64,000 nucleotides of DNA from Candidatus Woesearchaeota archaeon. Its GTDB lineage: Archaea > Nanobdellota > Nanobdellia > Woesearchaeales > WAPY01. Under the pieces are notes generated by a model. That model saw only the letters and a program-made list of their open reading frames with translations, made no database searches and was not told where the DNA came from. The DNA is taken from contig JBNAUL010000001.1 of NCBI GenBank assembly GCA_049700835.1, positions 182,043 through 246,042 of the forward strand. The letters are read 5' to 3'. The position numbers and the translations under genes were made by a program. Positions 38,973 to 49,630 of the stretch are shown here, one piece after another (position 1 is the first letter of the stretch; each line of letters opens with the position of its first letter).

Positions 38973-40226
38973 ATGGATAGTCTTTTAAAATCCAAAAACA
39001 ACACCATTTTTATGGATAACATAATAGTTGGGGTAGATCCAGGAACAACAACTGCATATTCTATTTTTAATTTAAGGACTTTGGAAATCAGCACATATTC
39101 AAAGAGGCACATGGGGATAAACCTTCTTTTAAGAGAATTAGTAAAACATGGGCATGTCCTTGCAATCGCCTGCGATAAAAAACCATGCCCAAAATTTGTT
39201 GAAAAAATCTGTTCAAAATTGGGCTCAAAACTTATAGTGCCTGAGGTTGAACTTAAAGAAGAAGAAAAGAGGATTATGAGCAACGGTTTCAATTGCAGCA
39301 ATATACATGAGAGAGATGCAATAGCAGCTGTTGTTTACTCGCTGAAGAGATTGAATCCTTTGCTGAAAAAGATAGACAAAATAGCAGAGGAAAAGAATAC
39401 AGGGCAGGAGTTCAAGGACGCTTTGACAAGGCTTGTTTTTTCAGGCAAGAGCATAAAAGATGCATACCAAATATTGAAAAATGTGAACTTCGAAAAAATC
39501 AGCAAAATGGAAAATACTTATCATAAGGAATCAAGAGAAAAAATCATTGAAAAAGGAACAGTTGAAAAGAAAGCCAATGATAAAATGATTGGTGCGTTAA
39601 AAACTGCTCTGAAAGAGAAGAACATACTTAGAGAGCAGAACAAGAACCTGCTTAAAAAGATTTCGCAGCTGAAGAGATACAACGATTTCTTGATGAAGAA
39701 AATAATAAGCCAAGAGAAGGGAAAGAGCTCAAAAGATGGAAAAGAGGATAATTCAGAAAATTATTTTAAAGAATTAAAGCAAAATTTTTTATTGGAAAAT
39801 GAAAATTTAAAAAAGAGAATAGAGAACTTGAATTTAGAGATTGAAAAGCTTCATAAAATCATTTTAAACTTTGACAGCTTTGTTGTCCTAAAAAAACTTA
39901 AAAATTTTTTAAGCGAGGAATTTGAGACCAAGAATAAAATATTAAAAATAAAAGAAGGAGATGTGCTGTTGGTTGAAAACCCAAACGAATATTCTGAATC
40001 AACAATCAAAACTCTTAAAGAAATGGTAAATTTTGTTTTTTGCAAAACAGATGCAAACAAGAAAACAGAGGAAAAACTCCCATTTTTGTTTTTCAACTCA
40101 AAAGGGATTTTGCTTGAAGAAACAGAATTCTTTGCAGCAATAAGTAAAGAGGACTTTGAAGCAGAAAAAAGAAAAAAGGATTTCATAAAAGAGATAATAA
40201 AAAATTACAAATTGAAAAAGATTTAA
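38973..40226 (+). CDS. DUF460-domain (RNase H-like) protein with coiled coil
   Basis: IVGVDPGTTTA, IACDK, HERDAIAA. Confidence 0.82.
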   Translation: MDSLLKSKNNTIFMDNIIVGVDPGTTTAYSIFNLRTLEISTYSKRHMGINLLLRELVKHGHVLAIACDKKPCPKFVEKICSKLGSKLIVPEVELKEEEKRIMSNGFNCSNIHERDAIAAVVYSLKRLNPLLKKIDKIAEEKNTGQEFKDALTRLVFSGKSIKDAYQILKNVNFEKISKMENTYHKESREKIIEKGTVEKKANDKMIGALKTALKEKNILREQNKNLLKKISQLKRYNDFLMKKIISQEKGKSSKDGKEDNSENYFKELKQNFLLENENLKKRIENLNLEIEKLHKIILNFDSFVVLKKLKNFLSEEFETKNKILKIKEGDVLLVENPNEYSESTIKTLKEMVNFVFCKTDANKKTEEKLPFLFFNSKGILLEETEFFAAISKEDFEAEKRKKDFIKEIIKNYKLKKI

Positions 40227-40256
40227 ATATTCAGAAAGTATACTCAAAAGGTTTTC

Positions 40257-41309
40257 ATGAACATAATAGACAAATTTGGAATAAGGGAAAAGATAATAAA
40301 TGAGAATTTTGATGACATCATAGGTCAAGAAGAAACAAAGAGGCAGTTAAAAACAGCGCTTATAGCAGGAAGGCACATAATAATAGTAGGGCCTCCAGGA
40401 GTTGGCAAAACAACATTGACAAAAAACCTGGCAAGAGTTCTACCTGATATTAAATTAAACAACTGCAACTACCATTGTTCTCCAGAAGAGCCGATATGCC
40501 CAGAGTGCATTTCAAAAAAGAACAGGTCTGAAAAAATAAAAACAAGGATTGTAAAAGGATTTGAAAGGTTTATTAGAATACAGGGAAGCCCTGACCTTAC
40601 AGCAGAGGACTTGATTGGAGATATAGACCCGATAAAAGCAATGAAATCAGGGCCATTGAGCATTGAGGCATTTAATCCAGGAAAGATATTCAAAGCAAAT
40701 AATGGAATCTTATTCTTTGACGAAATAAACAGAGCGCCTGAAAAAGTTCAGAATGTGCTTCTGCAAGTTCTTGAGGAAGGAAAAGCAACAATTTCTGGTT
40801 ACGATGTTGACATAAAAAGCGATTTCATACTGGTTGGAACAATGAATCCTGAAGACTCAAGCACAGAAGAACTTTCTGATGTGTTCGTGGACAGGTTTGA
40901 TTTCATTGAAATGAAATACCCAGAAAGTTTAGATGAAGAATACAGCATAGTTGTTTTAAAGGGAAAAAAGATAGTCAATTTTCCAGAGAATCTCTTGAAA
41001 GGGGTTTTAAGGTTTGTAAGGGATTTGAGAGAAGAGGAAATGCTTGAGAAAAAACCAGGAGTAAGAGTGTCACTTGGAATCTATGAAAGAGCCCAAGCAA
41101 ATGCGCTGTTAAACAAAAGAAACACTGTCACATTAGAGGATGTCAAGGAAATACTATTCTCAGTGCTCCTACACAGGATAAGGTTAAAACCAGCGTATAG
41201 GTTCACTCTTAAAAAACAGGAGTTTGTTCTTGAAAAATTCAAAAAGATTGAAAGGGAACTGCAGGAAGAGAGCATTCTTGAAGAGTCAAAAACAGGTGGT
41301 TCTCTTTAG
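40257..41309 (+). CDS. AAA+ ATPase, MoxR / chelatase subunit I-like
   Basis: IIGQE, GPPGVGKT, IQGSPDLTAEDLIGDIDP, FFDEINR, TMNP, DRF. Confidence 0.9.
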   Translation: MNIIDKFGIREKIINENFDDIIGQEETKRQLKTALIAGRHIIIVGPPGVGKTTLTKNLARVLPDIKLNNCNYHCSPEEPICPECISKKNRSEKIKTRIVKGFERFIRIQGSPDLTAEDLIGDIDPIKAMKSGPLSIEAFNPGKIFKANNGILFFDEINRAPEKVQNVLLQVLEEGKATISGYDVDIKSDFILVGTMNPEDSSTEELSDVFVDRFDFIEMKYPESLDEEYSIVVLKGKKIVNFPENLLKGVLRFVRDLREEEMLEKKPGVRVSLGIYERAQANALLNKRNTVTLEDVKEILFSVLLHRIRLKPAYRFTLKKQEFVLEKFKKIERELQEESILEESKTGGSL

Positions 41310-42468
41310 CCCAGCAAGGCGTGCAGAACACAAAGAAGAGATTGAATTTGAAGAAAAAAAGGGCAGTTCTCAATATGGTTCTATGAAAAATCAAAAGGAG
41401 AACTATTTTGAGAATGCAAAGCTCATAATGGATTCAATAAACAGGGATGTGTTTTTGAATTCAAATAAAATATTTGAAAATCTTATTAAAAGCTTTTCAC
41501 TGACAAAGCAAAATCTTGGAGCAGAATTCATAAGGAGAATAACTGGCTATGATGAAAAATATCTTGAAAGAAACATAAGAATGCCTGAATTCCAAAAGGA
41601 GTTGAAGAAGAGAATAGATGAAAAATTTGAGGATTTGAAAAAACAAAACCTTCTTGATTCAGAAGACAGAATAACAGATTTTGGTTATGATTTAGCTACT
41701 TTCAATTTGGTGATTGAAGAACTTGATAATTTAAGAAACCTTGAAGAAGGGGTTTTGAAGAGCAAGATCAAGAGTTTTGAAGGAGAAAAACAGGATTTTA
41801 AGGATTTTAAAAATGGGCATTATAAAGACATTGACATAAGGAGGAGCGTTAGGACTGCTTTGAGGAGAATCCATAAGAACATTCTTGAGCAGGATCTAAA
41901 AGAAGCAATAAGAAAGGACAAGAGAGGAGTGAATATAGTTTATGCGGTAGATGCTTCTGGAAGCATGAAAGGAGAAAAACTTGAACAGGCGAAAAAGGCA
42001 GGAATAGCCTTGATTTACAAAGCAATAAAAGACAGAAACAAGGTTGGATTGATTGTTTTTCAAGAGAAGATTGTAAATGAAATTCAACTCACAGATAAAT
42101 TTGAAGTTTTGATGAAAGAACTTGTAAAAATAAGAGCAAGGCAGCAGACAAACATAGAACAGACAATAATAAAATCCATAGAGATGTTCTCCAAAATAAA
42201 GAGCTCAAAAAACCTTATCATAATAACAGATGTTATACCAACGCTTGCAGAAAAGGGGCAAGACCCTGTTGAGAAAACCCTGAAAGCAGCGTCAATCGCA
42301 GCTTCTCAAAAGATAAGCATTTCAATCGTAGGGATAAAACTTGAAAAACCCGCTCTTGAATTGGCAAAGAGAATTGTTGAAATGACCTCAGGTAAGCTTT
42401 ATCTTGTTTTGAACGCAAAAGAACTTGACAGAACAATGCTTGAAGAATACTCGAGAATACAGGCATAG
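41296..42468 (+). CDS. VWA-domain protein (partner of upstream ATPase)
   Basis: MIDAS DASGSM, TNI, IITD; start uncertain (GTG 41296 assumed). Confidence 0.85.
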   Translation: MVLFSPARRAEHKEEIEFEEKKGSSQYGSMKNQKENYFENAKLIMDSINRDVFLNSNKIFENLIKSFSLTKQNLGAEFIRRITGYDEKYLERNIRMPEFQKELKKRIDEKFEDLKKQNLLDSEDRITDFGYDLATFNLVIEELDNLRNLEEGVLKSKIKSFEGEKQDFKDFKNGHYKDIDIRRSVRTALRRIHKNILEQDLKEAIRKDKRGVNIVYAVDASGSMKGEKLEQAKKAGIALIYKAIKDRNKVGLIVFQEKIVNEIQLTDKFEVLMKELVKIRARQQTNIEQTIIKSIEMFSKIKSSKNLIIITDVIPTLAEKGQDPVEKTLKAASIAASQKISISIVGIKLEKPALELAKRIVEMTSGKLYLVLNAKELDRTMLEEYSRIQA

Positions 42469-42569
42469 TCCAAGCCCAATTTCTAAATTTTTATTATTGA
42501 TAATTTTATGACTGCTAATTATTTTATTTTTTCTAAAGTTTTTTATAATTCTAAATAAAAACCACATTT

Positions 42570-43610
42570 ATGGAAATCATAAGAATAGACGGTTCCTATC
42601 TTGAAGGCGGGGGGCAAATGCTAAGAACAGCATTAGGGCTTTCGCTGATAACAAATAAACCTTTCAGCATCTTCAACATAAGAACAAACAGGCCTGATCC
42701 AGGATTAAAAAACCAGCACTTGCATGCAATAAAAACAATCTTAAAACTCTCAGATTCTAAAGCAGAGAATGTATTCTTGGGCTCAAGAGAGATAAGATTT
42801 TTTCCAGGGGAATACAAAGGAGGTTCTTTGGAAGTTAACATAGGAACAGCAGGTTCAATAACTCTTTTGCTTCAGTCAATAATGCTTCCTGCAGTTTTCC
42901 TTAAAAGAACAAAACTCAAAATCATTGGAGGCACAGAAGTCAGTTTTTCCCCGACAATTGATTACTTCAAGAATGTAGTGCTCTATTATTACAAAAGGTA
43001 CTGCAATGTTGAACTGAAAATAAAGAAGAGAGGATACTATCCAAAAGGACAGGGAATAGTTGAGATTAGCATAAACCCGTCAAATATTCCAATTGAGAAC
43101 CTCAAGCAGATGATTGTTGATAAAAAACCGAGTTCATACGACATTTTAGGGATTTCAACAGCATCAACTGATTTAGCTCAAAAGAGCGTGGCTGAGAGGC
43201 AAAAGATTGCAGCAGAGGAATACATATGCAACGAGTTAAAGATAAAACCAAGCATAACTTCTGAATATTCTGCTTCTGAAAGCACTGGCTCATCAATAAC
43301 TCTTTGGGCTTTTGGAGCTATTGAAGACAACTTTCTTGAGAACATTGTGCTTGGCAGTGATTCTTTAGGAGAAAAGGGGTTGAGTTCAGAAGAGGTGGGG
43401 TTAAGAACAGCTTCAATGCTTGTAAACGAGATAAAAATCGGTGGCATAGATAGATTTCTTGCAGACCAATTAGTGCCTTTGTTAGGAATAGTTGGAGGAC
43501 GCTTAAAAACCACAGAAATAACGAACCACACGAAAACAAATGTTTTTGTAACAAACCTATTCTTGAATAAAAAATTGAGAATTGATGGTAATACAATAAT
43601 AAGAGAATAG
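42570..43610 (+). CDS. rtcA: RNA 3'-terminal phosphate cyclase
   Basis: DGSYLEGGGQMLR, PGLKNQH, TAGSITL, RGYYPKG, LADQL, TNHT. Confidence 0.94.
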   Translation: MEIIRIDGSYLEGGGQMLRTALGLSLITNKPFSIFNIRTNRPDPGLKNQHLHAIKTILKLSDSKAENVFLGSREIRFFPGEYKGGSLEVNIGTAGSITLLLQSIMLPAVFLKRTKLKIIGGTEVSFSPTIDYFKNVVLYYYKRYCNVELKIKKRGYYPKGQGIVEISINPSNIPIENLKQMIVDKKPSSYDILGISTASTDLAQKSVAERQKIAAEEYICNELKIKPSITSEYSASESTGSSITLWAFGAIEDNFLENIVLGSDSLGEKGLSSEEVGLRTASMLVNEIKIGGIDRFLADQLVPLLGIVGGRLKTTEITNHTKTNVFVTNLFLNKKLRIDGNTIIRE

Positions 43611-43697
43611 GGAAGCAGAGGGAAGCAGAAAGTGTAGCTTTACAATTTAAGGGATAATAACAAATAAAATCAAAAATCTCAAAAATCAAGAAAAGAG

Positions 43698-45701
43698 TTA
43701 CAGGGTTGCAATCTTAAAATCAGTTCTTAGTTCAAGTATTTTGTAATAAAGGTCTTTTTTCTCATCTGACTCAGGCATTTTCTTGTGTTTTTCCTCAAGC
43801 ATTTTTATAAGGTTGTTCGCTCTTTCAAAATCTCCTGTCTTTATTGCTTCCTTTGCTTCTTCAATTGCAGAATTGCTCTCATCAGAATCTATCATAGGCA
43901 AAGGCTTAAGCAAGTCAGAGTGAGAATCAGTTGAATCAATTTCCTTGACAGGAATGCTTTCATAGTTGCCGTAGTTTAATTTTTCAGTTTTTATGTAAAG
44001 CTTTAACCTCTCTTCCTCAAGCTTGTTCTTCTCCTCCAAAAGCCTGAATTGAACCTTTAGTAATTTTTCCTTTTTGTCCTCAAGTTCAAGTTCTCTCTGC
44101 TTCAGCTCGTTTTCCTTTGCTTCAAGTTCTTTTGTTTTGTTTAATATAAAGTTCTTTTCATTCCTGTACTTTTCTTCAAGGTTTTTCAGTTTGTTTTCAA
44201 GTTTTGGAATTTCTCTCATCAGTTTTTTATAATTTTTCTCAATGAATGGCATCTTCTTCAATATTTCTCTGCCTTTTTCAATTAGCGCGGTTTTCTTGTT
44301 AACATCCTTTTCTTTTTCTTTCAGATTCTTTTCAAAAGCGCTCAATTTTTCAAAATTCTGCTTTATTTTTTGTTCCCTTATGCTTAATTTTCTTATTCTT
44401 TCTTCATTTTTCTTCTTCTCTTCATCTAATTTTTTGTTTTGAACTTCAAGTTCTCTCACTCTTTCTATAATTTCCTTTTCTTTTTCATCAAGCATTTCTC
44501 TCTCTTCAAAAAGAGCATTAACCTTTTTCACAATCTCAGCTTCTTTCAAATCCAAGTTTTCCTTTATCGATTTTAATTCGTTGAATCTTTGCAAAACAAT
44601 CTTCTCCTTCTCTCTTATATCTGATTCTCTCTTGTCAAGTTCAGAAATTTTATCCTCAACCTTTTTCTCAAAATCAAGGAGCTTTGCTTTTTCGCTTTCC
44701 AACAATCCCTTTAATTCCTCAACCTCTTTCTTCTTCTGTTTAAGCATTGATTCCAATTCTTTTATTCTCTCATTATATTTTTTGTTTTTTTTATCACTTT
44801 CTTGTTTTTTTACCTCTTTTTCCCAAGAAGTTTTGTATTCTGGTTCAGAAGGCAATTCAATTTTTTGAGGGGCTGTTTTCTCAATTTTTTCCTCAATTTC
44901 TTTGCTCTGTTCAACTTCTTTTTTTGATTCCAGTGGTTCAATCTTTTCAATCGCAGGGGTTTCTATTTTTGGAAGGATTTTTTCTGTTTGCTCTTTTTCA
45001 ACAGGTTTTTCCTTTTTTGAGCTTCTAAGAGAGAAAACGATTGCAGGTTTTTTCTTTTTATTATCTGAAAGAGCGCTGTTCTTTTCAACAGGAATTTCTA
45101 TTTCAGGCAATTTGTCAGGCACAAAATTGTTGTATTCAAACGCCTTTTCCTGTTTCTCAAGAGCAGGGACTTTGTTTTCTTTAGGGAAGATAATTTTAGG
45201 ATTTAGAATATTTTCTTTTTCAAAACCTGTGTTTTTGAATTTCAAATTTTGGTTTTCCTCAACCTTTTTATCTTGAACTTCTAATTTTGAAATTTCTTTT
45301 CCATTTAGAACATCAATCATCTCTTCCTTTGTAGAGCAATTCCTTAAACTATAAGCAAGTTCCTTTTTTCCAAAGACATGCTCTATCCAATTTGCAAAAT
45401 CGTTCTTGTGATTTTTGACATGGTGCTTGAATGTTTCATCATCCATAAAACTGAGATAAGATTTCAATTCCTCAATGTTCTTTATTCTGTCTCCTGTTCT
45501 CAAGACAAAATACTTTTCAGGAGGTATTTCCTCATTTTTATTAGAGAGTATTTCTCTTTGCTTGTCTTGAACAAGAGAACTGCCTTCGCTTTCCTGTTTC
45601 GCAACTTGTCCATCTTGCCCAGTTTGCCTATTCTTTCTGAAAAGAGAAAAACCCTTCTTAATTTTTCTAGGAAGTTCAGGAAGTTCAAGATTATCAGGCA
45701 T
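43698..45701 (-). CDS. Long coiled-coil protein with N-terminal DUF5752-like domain
   Basis: FVL..G..IKNIEEL...MDDETFKHHV...NDFANWI..VF motif, then ~270 aa of heptads. Confidence 0.75.
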   Translation of the reverse strand: MPDNLELPELPRKIKKGFSLFRKNRQTGQDGQVAKQESEGSSLVQDKQREILSNKNEEIPPEKYFVLRTGDRIKNIEELKSYLSFMDDETFKHHVKNHKNDFANWIEHVFGKKELAYSLRNCSTKEEMIDVLNGKEISKLEVQDKKVEENQNLKFKNTGFEKENILNPKIIFPKENKVPALEKQEKAFEYNNFVPDKLPEIEIPVEKNSALSDNKKKKPAIVFSLRSSKKEKPVEKEQTEKILPKIETPAIEKIEPLESKKEVEQSKEIEEKIEKTAPQKIELPSEPEYKTSWEKEVKKQESDKKNKKYNERIKELESMLKQKKKEVEELKGLLESEKAKLLDFEKKVEDKISELDKRESDIREKEKIVLQRFNELKSIKENLDLKEAEIVKKVNALFEEREMLDEKEKEIIERVRELEVQNKKLDEEKKKNEERIRKLSIREQKIKQNFEKLSAFEKNLKEKEKDVNKKTALIEKGREILKKMPFIEKNYKKLMREIPKLENKLKNLEEKYRNEKNFILNKTKELEAKENELKQRELELEDKKEKLLKVQFRLLEEKNKLEEERLKLYIKTEKLNYGNYESIPVKEIDSTDSHSDLLKPLPMIDSDESNSAIEEAKEAIKTGDFERANNLIKMLEEKHKKMPESDEKKDLYYKILELRTDFKIATL

Positions 45702-45911
45702 AAAACACCCCCTATTTTATTCGCACGAATATTCTCTTCTTTAATATCTTTTGAATATGACAAGTTTATTTATATATTTTTGTTATTACTTAAAAATTTA
45801 AAATCAGAAATTTTCATTTCAAAAAGCAATTTTCATTTTTTTTGCAAATAGCAAACCGCAAGGCTTTTAAATACCTTGACTAAACCATTCAACATGCAGA
45901 AAGGTGATTTT

Positions 45912-46076
45912 ATGATTAGATGCACTTCATGCAAAAAGGAACTGACGAATGAGAGCGGCGTTGTAAGATTTATCTGTCCAAATTGTGGAAAGTTTGAAAT
46001 AATAAGGTGCAAAAACTGCAAGAATTTAGGAATAAAATACGAATGCCCTGAATGCGGTTTTACAGGCCCAAACTGA
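45912..46076 (+). CDS. Small Zn-ribbon protein (DUF1610 / HVO_2753-like)
   Basis: Four CxxC pairs ending CPECGFTGP; upstream of EF-1beta. Confidence 0.9.
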   Translation: MIRCTSCKKELTNESGVVRFICPNCGKFEIIRCKNCKNLGIKYECPECGFTGPN

Positions 46077-46092
46077 ATAAAAAGGAATAAAA

Positions 46093-46365
46093 ATGGCAAG
46101 AGTCATTGTTACAATAAGAATAATGCCTGAAAGCCCTGAACAGGATTTAAACGCAATTGAACAGGAAGCTGTCAAAGAACTTAAAACTCTTGGTTTAGAA
46201 TTTGGCAAGAAAGAAGTGCAGCCAATAGCATTCGGGCTAAATGCGTTGATTATTTATGCAATTCAAGACGAAGCGCTCGGTTCTTTAAACATTGAAGAAA
46301 GGCTCTCAAAAATAGAAGGAGTTAACAGCGTTGAAGTTATAGATGTCAGAAGAGCTGTTGGTTAA
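46093..46365 (+). CDS. ef1b: Translation elongation factor 1-beta
   Basis: IMPESPE, PIAFGLNAL, EGVNSVEV. Confidence 0.95.
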   Translation: MARVIVTIRIMPESPEQDLNAIEQEAVKELKTLGLEFGKKEVQPIAFGLNALIIYAIQDEALGSLNIEERLSKIEGVNSVEVIDVRRAVG

Positions 46366-46486
46366 TTTTTATTAACCTTAAATTCCTTATCTTTAAATTC
46401 TTTATATTCTTTATTAATTCTTTATTCTGTTTATTATTTTTGCTTTTTCTTTGCTTTTTTCTTGCTTATTTTTTTCTTATTCTTTT

Positions 46487-47653
46487 TCAGCCCTTCATTA
46501 TGCTAAGGAGTTCATTTAAACGAGCATCTGTTCTTAAACTCGTGTTGTCAAAATGAGTTCTTGAAGCCTTAAATCTGCTTTCCTTTAATTTTTCAATTAT
46601 TTTATCCAAAGGAAGGAGCTTCAACTTGTGTTTTTTTGCCAACAAATGTGTATTGAAAGTAAATGGGATTTCTATCCTGTTTTCATCTATTAGAACATCA
46701 AGATACTTCTTTGTTTCCTTGCTTATTGTTTCATCACCAGCTCTTTCGGTTCTTTCATAAATTCTTTTCATTTCTAACAATAGTTCCTGCTCGCAAAGTT
46801 GCCCTGAATAAAAACTTCCAAAATAGTTAAATTCTGAACCGCAAAAATCACACTCATTTCTATTAAATAGGACCATCTTGCTGAAAACATGATCAGTGAT
46901 TTTCCTGTTGCAGCAGTTTTTGCAGTAGAGCAGATAGTTGTGTTTTTCAAAAACAAAATCTGATTTTTTCTTTGACTTCTCAGCAGAAAAGAACAAGCCG
47001 TAATGATGTTTGTAATGATAAGAAATTAGAGGTTTCAACAGGATGTTTTTCTTTGCAGCAATTGTTTGAAGGTCCTTTATGAGAATTCTTATTCCAAATT
47101 CATGATTAAAGTCCTCGTGCAGGGGTCTTGAGCAGTACCTTCTCATGCAGGTTTTTGGATAAGTTCCTGAAAGGGTTGCTGTGTCTGTGGTTGTTATTGC
47201 CAGGATTCCATTTTTCTTTATTCTTCTCAAACTAAGTTCAATGAATTTGTGGACATCATCAAAAGGGTCTATTTGTATGTAATCAAAGGATTTTGATTTA
47301 AGCAAGAGCATATTGGCATCCATATTGTAAAACCTTATCCTTTCATCCTCTCTTAGATTGTTCATCTCAAAATTTTTGATTGTTGCTTCAAAGCATTCTC
47401 TTGAGATATCATTTACAACTAAAGATTTTGCATCTGCCTGAAGAGCAATTCTCAAAGCTCTTATGCCAGAAGCACTCATAAGTTCTAAAACATTTAGTTT
47501 TCTGTTCTTAAATTCTTGCAGCGCCCTTAAGATGAGAACAGAAAAATCCCTGTTTATCCTCATGAGAGGATTGTAAAAAACAAAACCCTTCTTTGTATTA
47601 AGATTTTTTTCTGAAGCGTAGAACCTTACATTTGCTTCTTCAAATAGTTTCAT
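46487..47653 (-). CDS. trm1: tRNA (guanine26-N2)-dimethyltransferase
   Basis: VFYNPLMRINRD, SASGIRALR, IDPF, TDTATLSG, HEFGIRIL, SRTHF. Confidence 0.92.
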   Translation of the reverse strand: MKLFEEANVRFYASEKNLNTKKGFVFYNPLMRINRDFSVLILRALQEFKNRKLNVLELMSASGIRALRIALQADAKSLVVNDISRECFEATIKNFEMNNLREDERIRFYNMDANMLLLKSKSFDYIQIDPFDDVHKFIELSLRRIKKNGILAITTTDTATLSGTYPKTCMRRYCSRPLHEDFNHEFGIRILIKDLQTIAAKKNILLKPLISYHYKHHYGLFFSAEKSKKKSDFVFEKHNYLLYCKNCCNRKITDHVFSKMVLFNRNECDFCGSEFNYFGSFYSGQLCEQELLLEMKRIYERTERAGDETISKETKKYLDVLIDENRIEIPFTFNTHLLAKKHKLKLLPLDKIIEKLKESRFKASRTHFDNTSLRTDARLNELLSIMKG

Positions 47654-47770
47654 GCATTCATGAAATTTTAATGATAAATAAAAAACTTTTGAAAACTTTT
47701 GAATAATTGAGAAACATTTAAAAAAACAAAAGCAAGCACCAATGTTATCTTCTAAAAGAATGAAGGGAAA

Positions 47771-49621
47771 ATGAAAACAATGAAAACAAGAAAAAATGAA
47801 GAGGAAGTTGAATCGAATTCAAAGGAATTGCAAAAAGAGCAGAAAGATGGAGTGTTGAGAAGTCCTATATGCGTTGTGGTAGGGCATGTTGATCATGGAA
47901 AATCATCGTTATTGGATAAGATAAGGGGAACATTAATAGTTGAATCAGAACCAGGCAAGATAACTCAGGCAATAGGAGCTTCATTAATACCTCTGCCAAC
48001 AATACAAAAAATTTGCGCAGGATGCGTAAGGAACATAAAGATAGATTATAGGATTCCAGGATTGCTTTTTATTGACACTCCAGGGCATGCTGCTTTCAGA
48101 AGTTTAAGAAAGAGAGGAGGAAATCTGGCAGACATTGCAATCTTGGTTGTTGACATAAATGAAGGTTTTAAACCACAAACAGAAGAATCAATGGAAATAT
48201 TGAGAAGCTACAAAACCCCTTTTGTTGTGGCTGCAAACAAGATAGACCTAATTCCTGGATGGAAATCATGTCCTGAACTTACAATAGAAAATGACATAAG
48301 GGCGCAAACAGAGAATGTTCAAAAAGAGCTTGACATAAGAATTTACAAAATCGTTGAGAGTTTGTACAAGTTTGGTTTCAATTCTGAAAGGTTTGACAGA
48401 GTTGAGGACTACACAAAGCAAGTAGCAATAGTTCCTGTTTCTGCAAAAACAGGAGAGGGTTTGCCAGAATTGTTGATGATCCTAACAGGTTTAACGCAAA
48501 GGTTTATGGAAAATAGTCTCAAGACAAGAACATCTAATTTTGGAAAGGGAACTATACTTGAAGTCAAGGACGAGCAAGGACTTGGAAGGACAATAGATGT
48601 GATACTCTACGAAGGGCTTTTAAGGAAAAACCAAACAATAATAGTTGGAAGCTTAGACAAGCCTATAATTACAAAAATAAGGTGCTTGCTTAAACCTATG
48701 CCTTTATCAGAAATGCGCAATAAAAAAACAAGGTTCAAACAAGTAGATGTTGTTTATGCTTCAACAGGAGTTAAGATACTTGCTCCAAACCTTGAGAATG
48801 TTTTTTCAGGTATGCCTGTTGTAGGGATTAGCGAAGGCGCTAATGTTGAAAAGATTTCAAAGGAAATTCAAGCAGAGGTTGAGGAGGTCTTAATAAACAC
48901 TGAAAATGAAGGAGTGGTTGTTAAAGCAGATTCATTGGGAAGTTTAGAGGCAATGCTCTTTTTGCTTAGAGAAAACAACATTCCTGTAAGAAAGAGTTCT
49001 CTTGGCTATATAACAAAGAAGGACATTCTTACTGCTGAAACAAATAAAGAGGAATATAGAGTTGTTATCGGCTTTAATGTAAAACTTTCAAAAGAAGCAG
49101 AGGACTATTTGAGTTCGTGCCAAAATAGCATTAAGATAATTTCAGGCAATATAATTTATAAGATAGTTAATGAATACAAAGAATTTTTGGCAAACATTGA
49201 AAAGGAAAGGATAAACAAAGAATTGTCTTGCTTGACAAGGCCTTGCAGGATAAGAATAATGCCTCAGTATGTGTTTAGGCAGTCAAACCCTGCAATTGTC
49301 GGAGTTGATGTTGAAGCAGGAATTCTAAGAGCAGGAATAAATCTTATGAACAGTGAAGGTAAAGAGATAACGACCGTTAAGAGCATACAGCTTGAAAACA
49401 AGAGCATCAGCGAAGCGTCAAAGAAGCAGGTTGCAGTATCTCTTGAAAATGTAACATTCGGAAGGCAGATAAAGGGCAACGATGTTTTATACTCCTCAAT
49501 ACCTGAAAGTGATTTCAAAAGGTTGAAGGAACTCAAAAAGCATTTGAGCAGCGAAGAGATTGAAGTTTTAAAAGAGATAGCTTCAATAATGAGAAAACAA
49601 AACCCTGTTTGGGGAATTTAG
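47771..49621 (+). CDS. infB: Translation initiation factor aIF5B (IF-2)
   Basis: RSPI..VGHVDHGKS, ITQAIGA, DTPGH, NKID, SAKTGEG, FRQSNPAIVG. Confidence 0.97.
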   Translation: MKTMKTRKNEEEVESNSKELQKEQKDGVLRSPICVVVGHVDHGKSSLLDKIRGTLIVESEPGKITQAIGASLIPLPTIQKICAGCVRNIKIDYRIPGLLFIDTPGHAAFRSLRKRGGNLADIAILVVDINEGFKPQTEESMEILRSYKTPFVVAANKIDLIPGWKSCPELTIENDIRAQTENVQKELDIRIYKIVESLYKFGFNSERFDRVEDYTKQVAIVPVSAKTGEGLPELLMILTGLTQRFMENSLKTRTSNFGKGTILEVKDEQGLGRTIDVILYEGLLRKNQTIIVGSLDKPIITKIRCLLKPMPLSEMRNKKTRFKQVDVVYASTGVKILAPNLENVFSGMPVVGISEGANVEKISKEIQAEVEEVLINTENEGVVVKADSLGSLEAMLFLLRENNIPVRKSSLGYITKKDILTAETNKEEYRVVIGFNVKLSKEAEDYLSSCQNSIKIISGNIIYKIVNEYKEFLANIEKERINKELSCLTRPCRIRIMPQYVFRQSNPAIVGVDVEAGILRAGINLMNSEGKEITTVKSIQLENKSISEASKKQVAVSLENVTFGRQIKGNDVLYSSIPESDFKRLKELKKHLSSEEIEVLKEIASIMRKQNPVWGI

Positions 49622-49630
49622 TTTTTTAAA

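Noticed and set aside
41224..41309. Programmed -1 frameshift fusing the ATPase and VWA ORFs, as in some chlD genes
   Set aside because: The VWA ORF is in the +1 frame relative to the ATPase, and an in-frame GTG at 41296 can serve as a start
44242..45276. Several F/S/L-rich plus-strand ORFs
   Set aside because: Antisense shadows of the K/E-rich coiled-coil gene; the same applies to most short overlapping ORFs in the track
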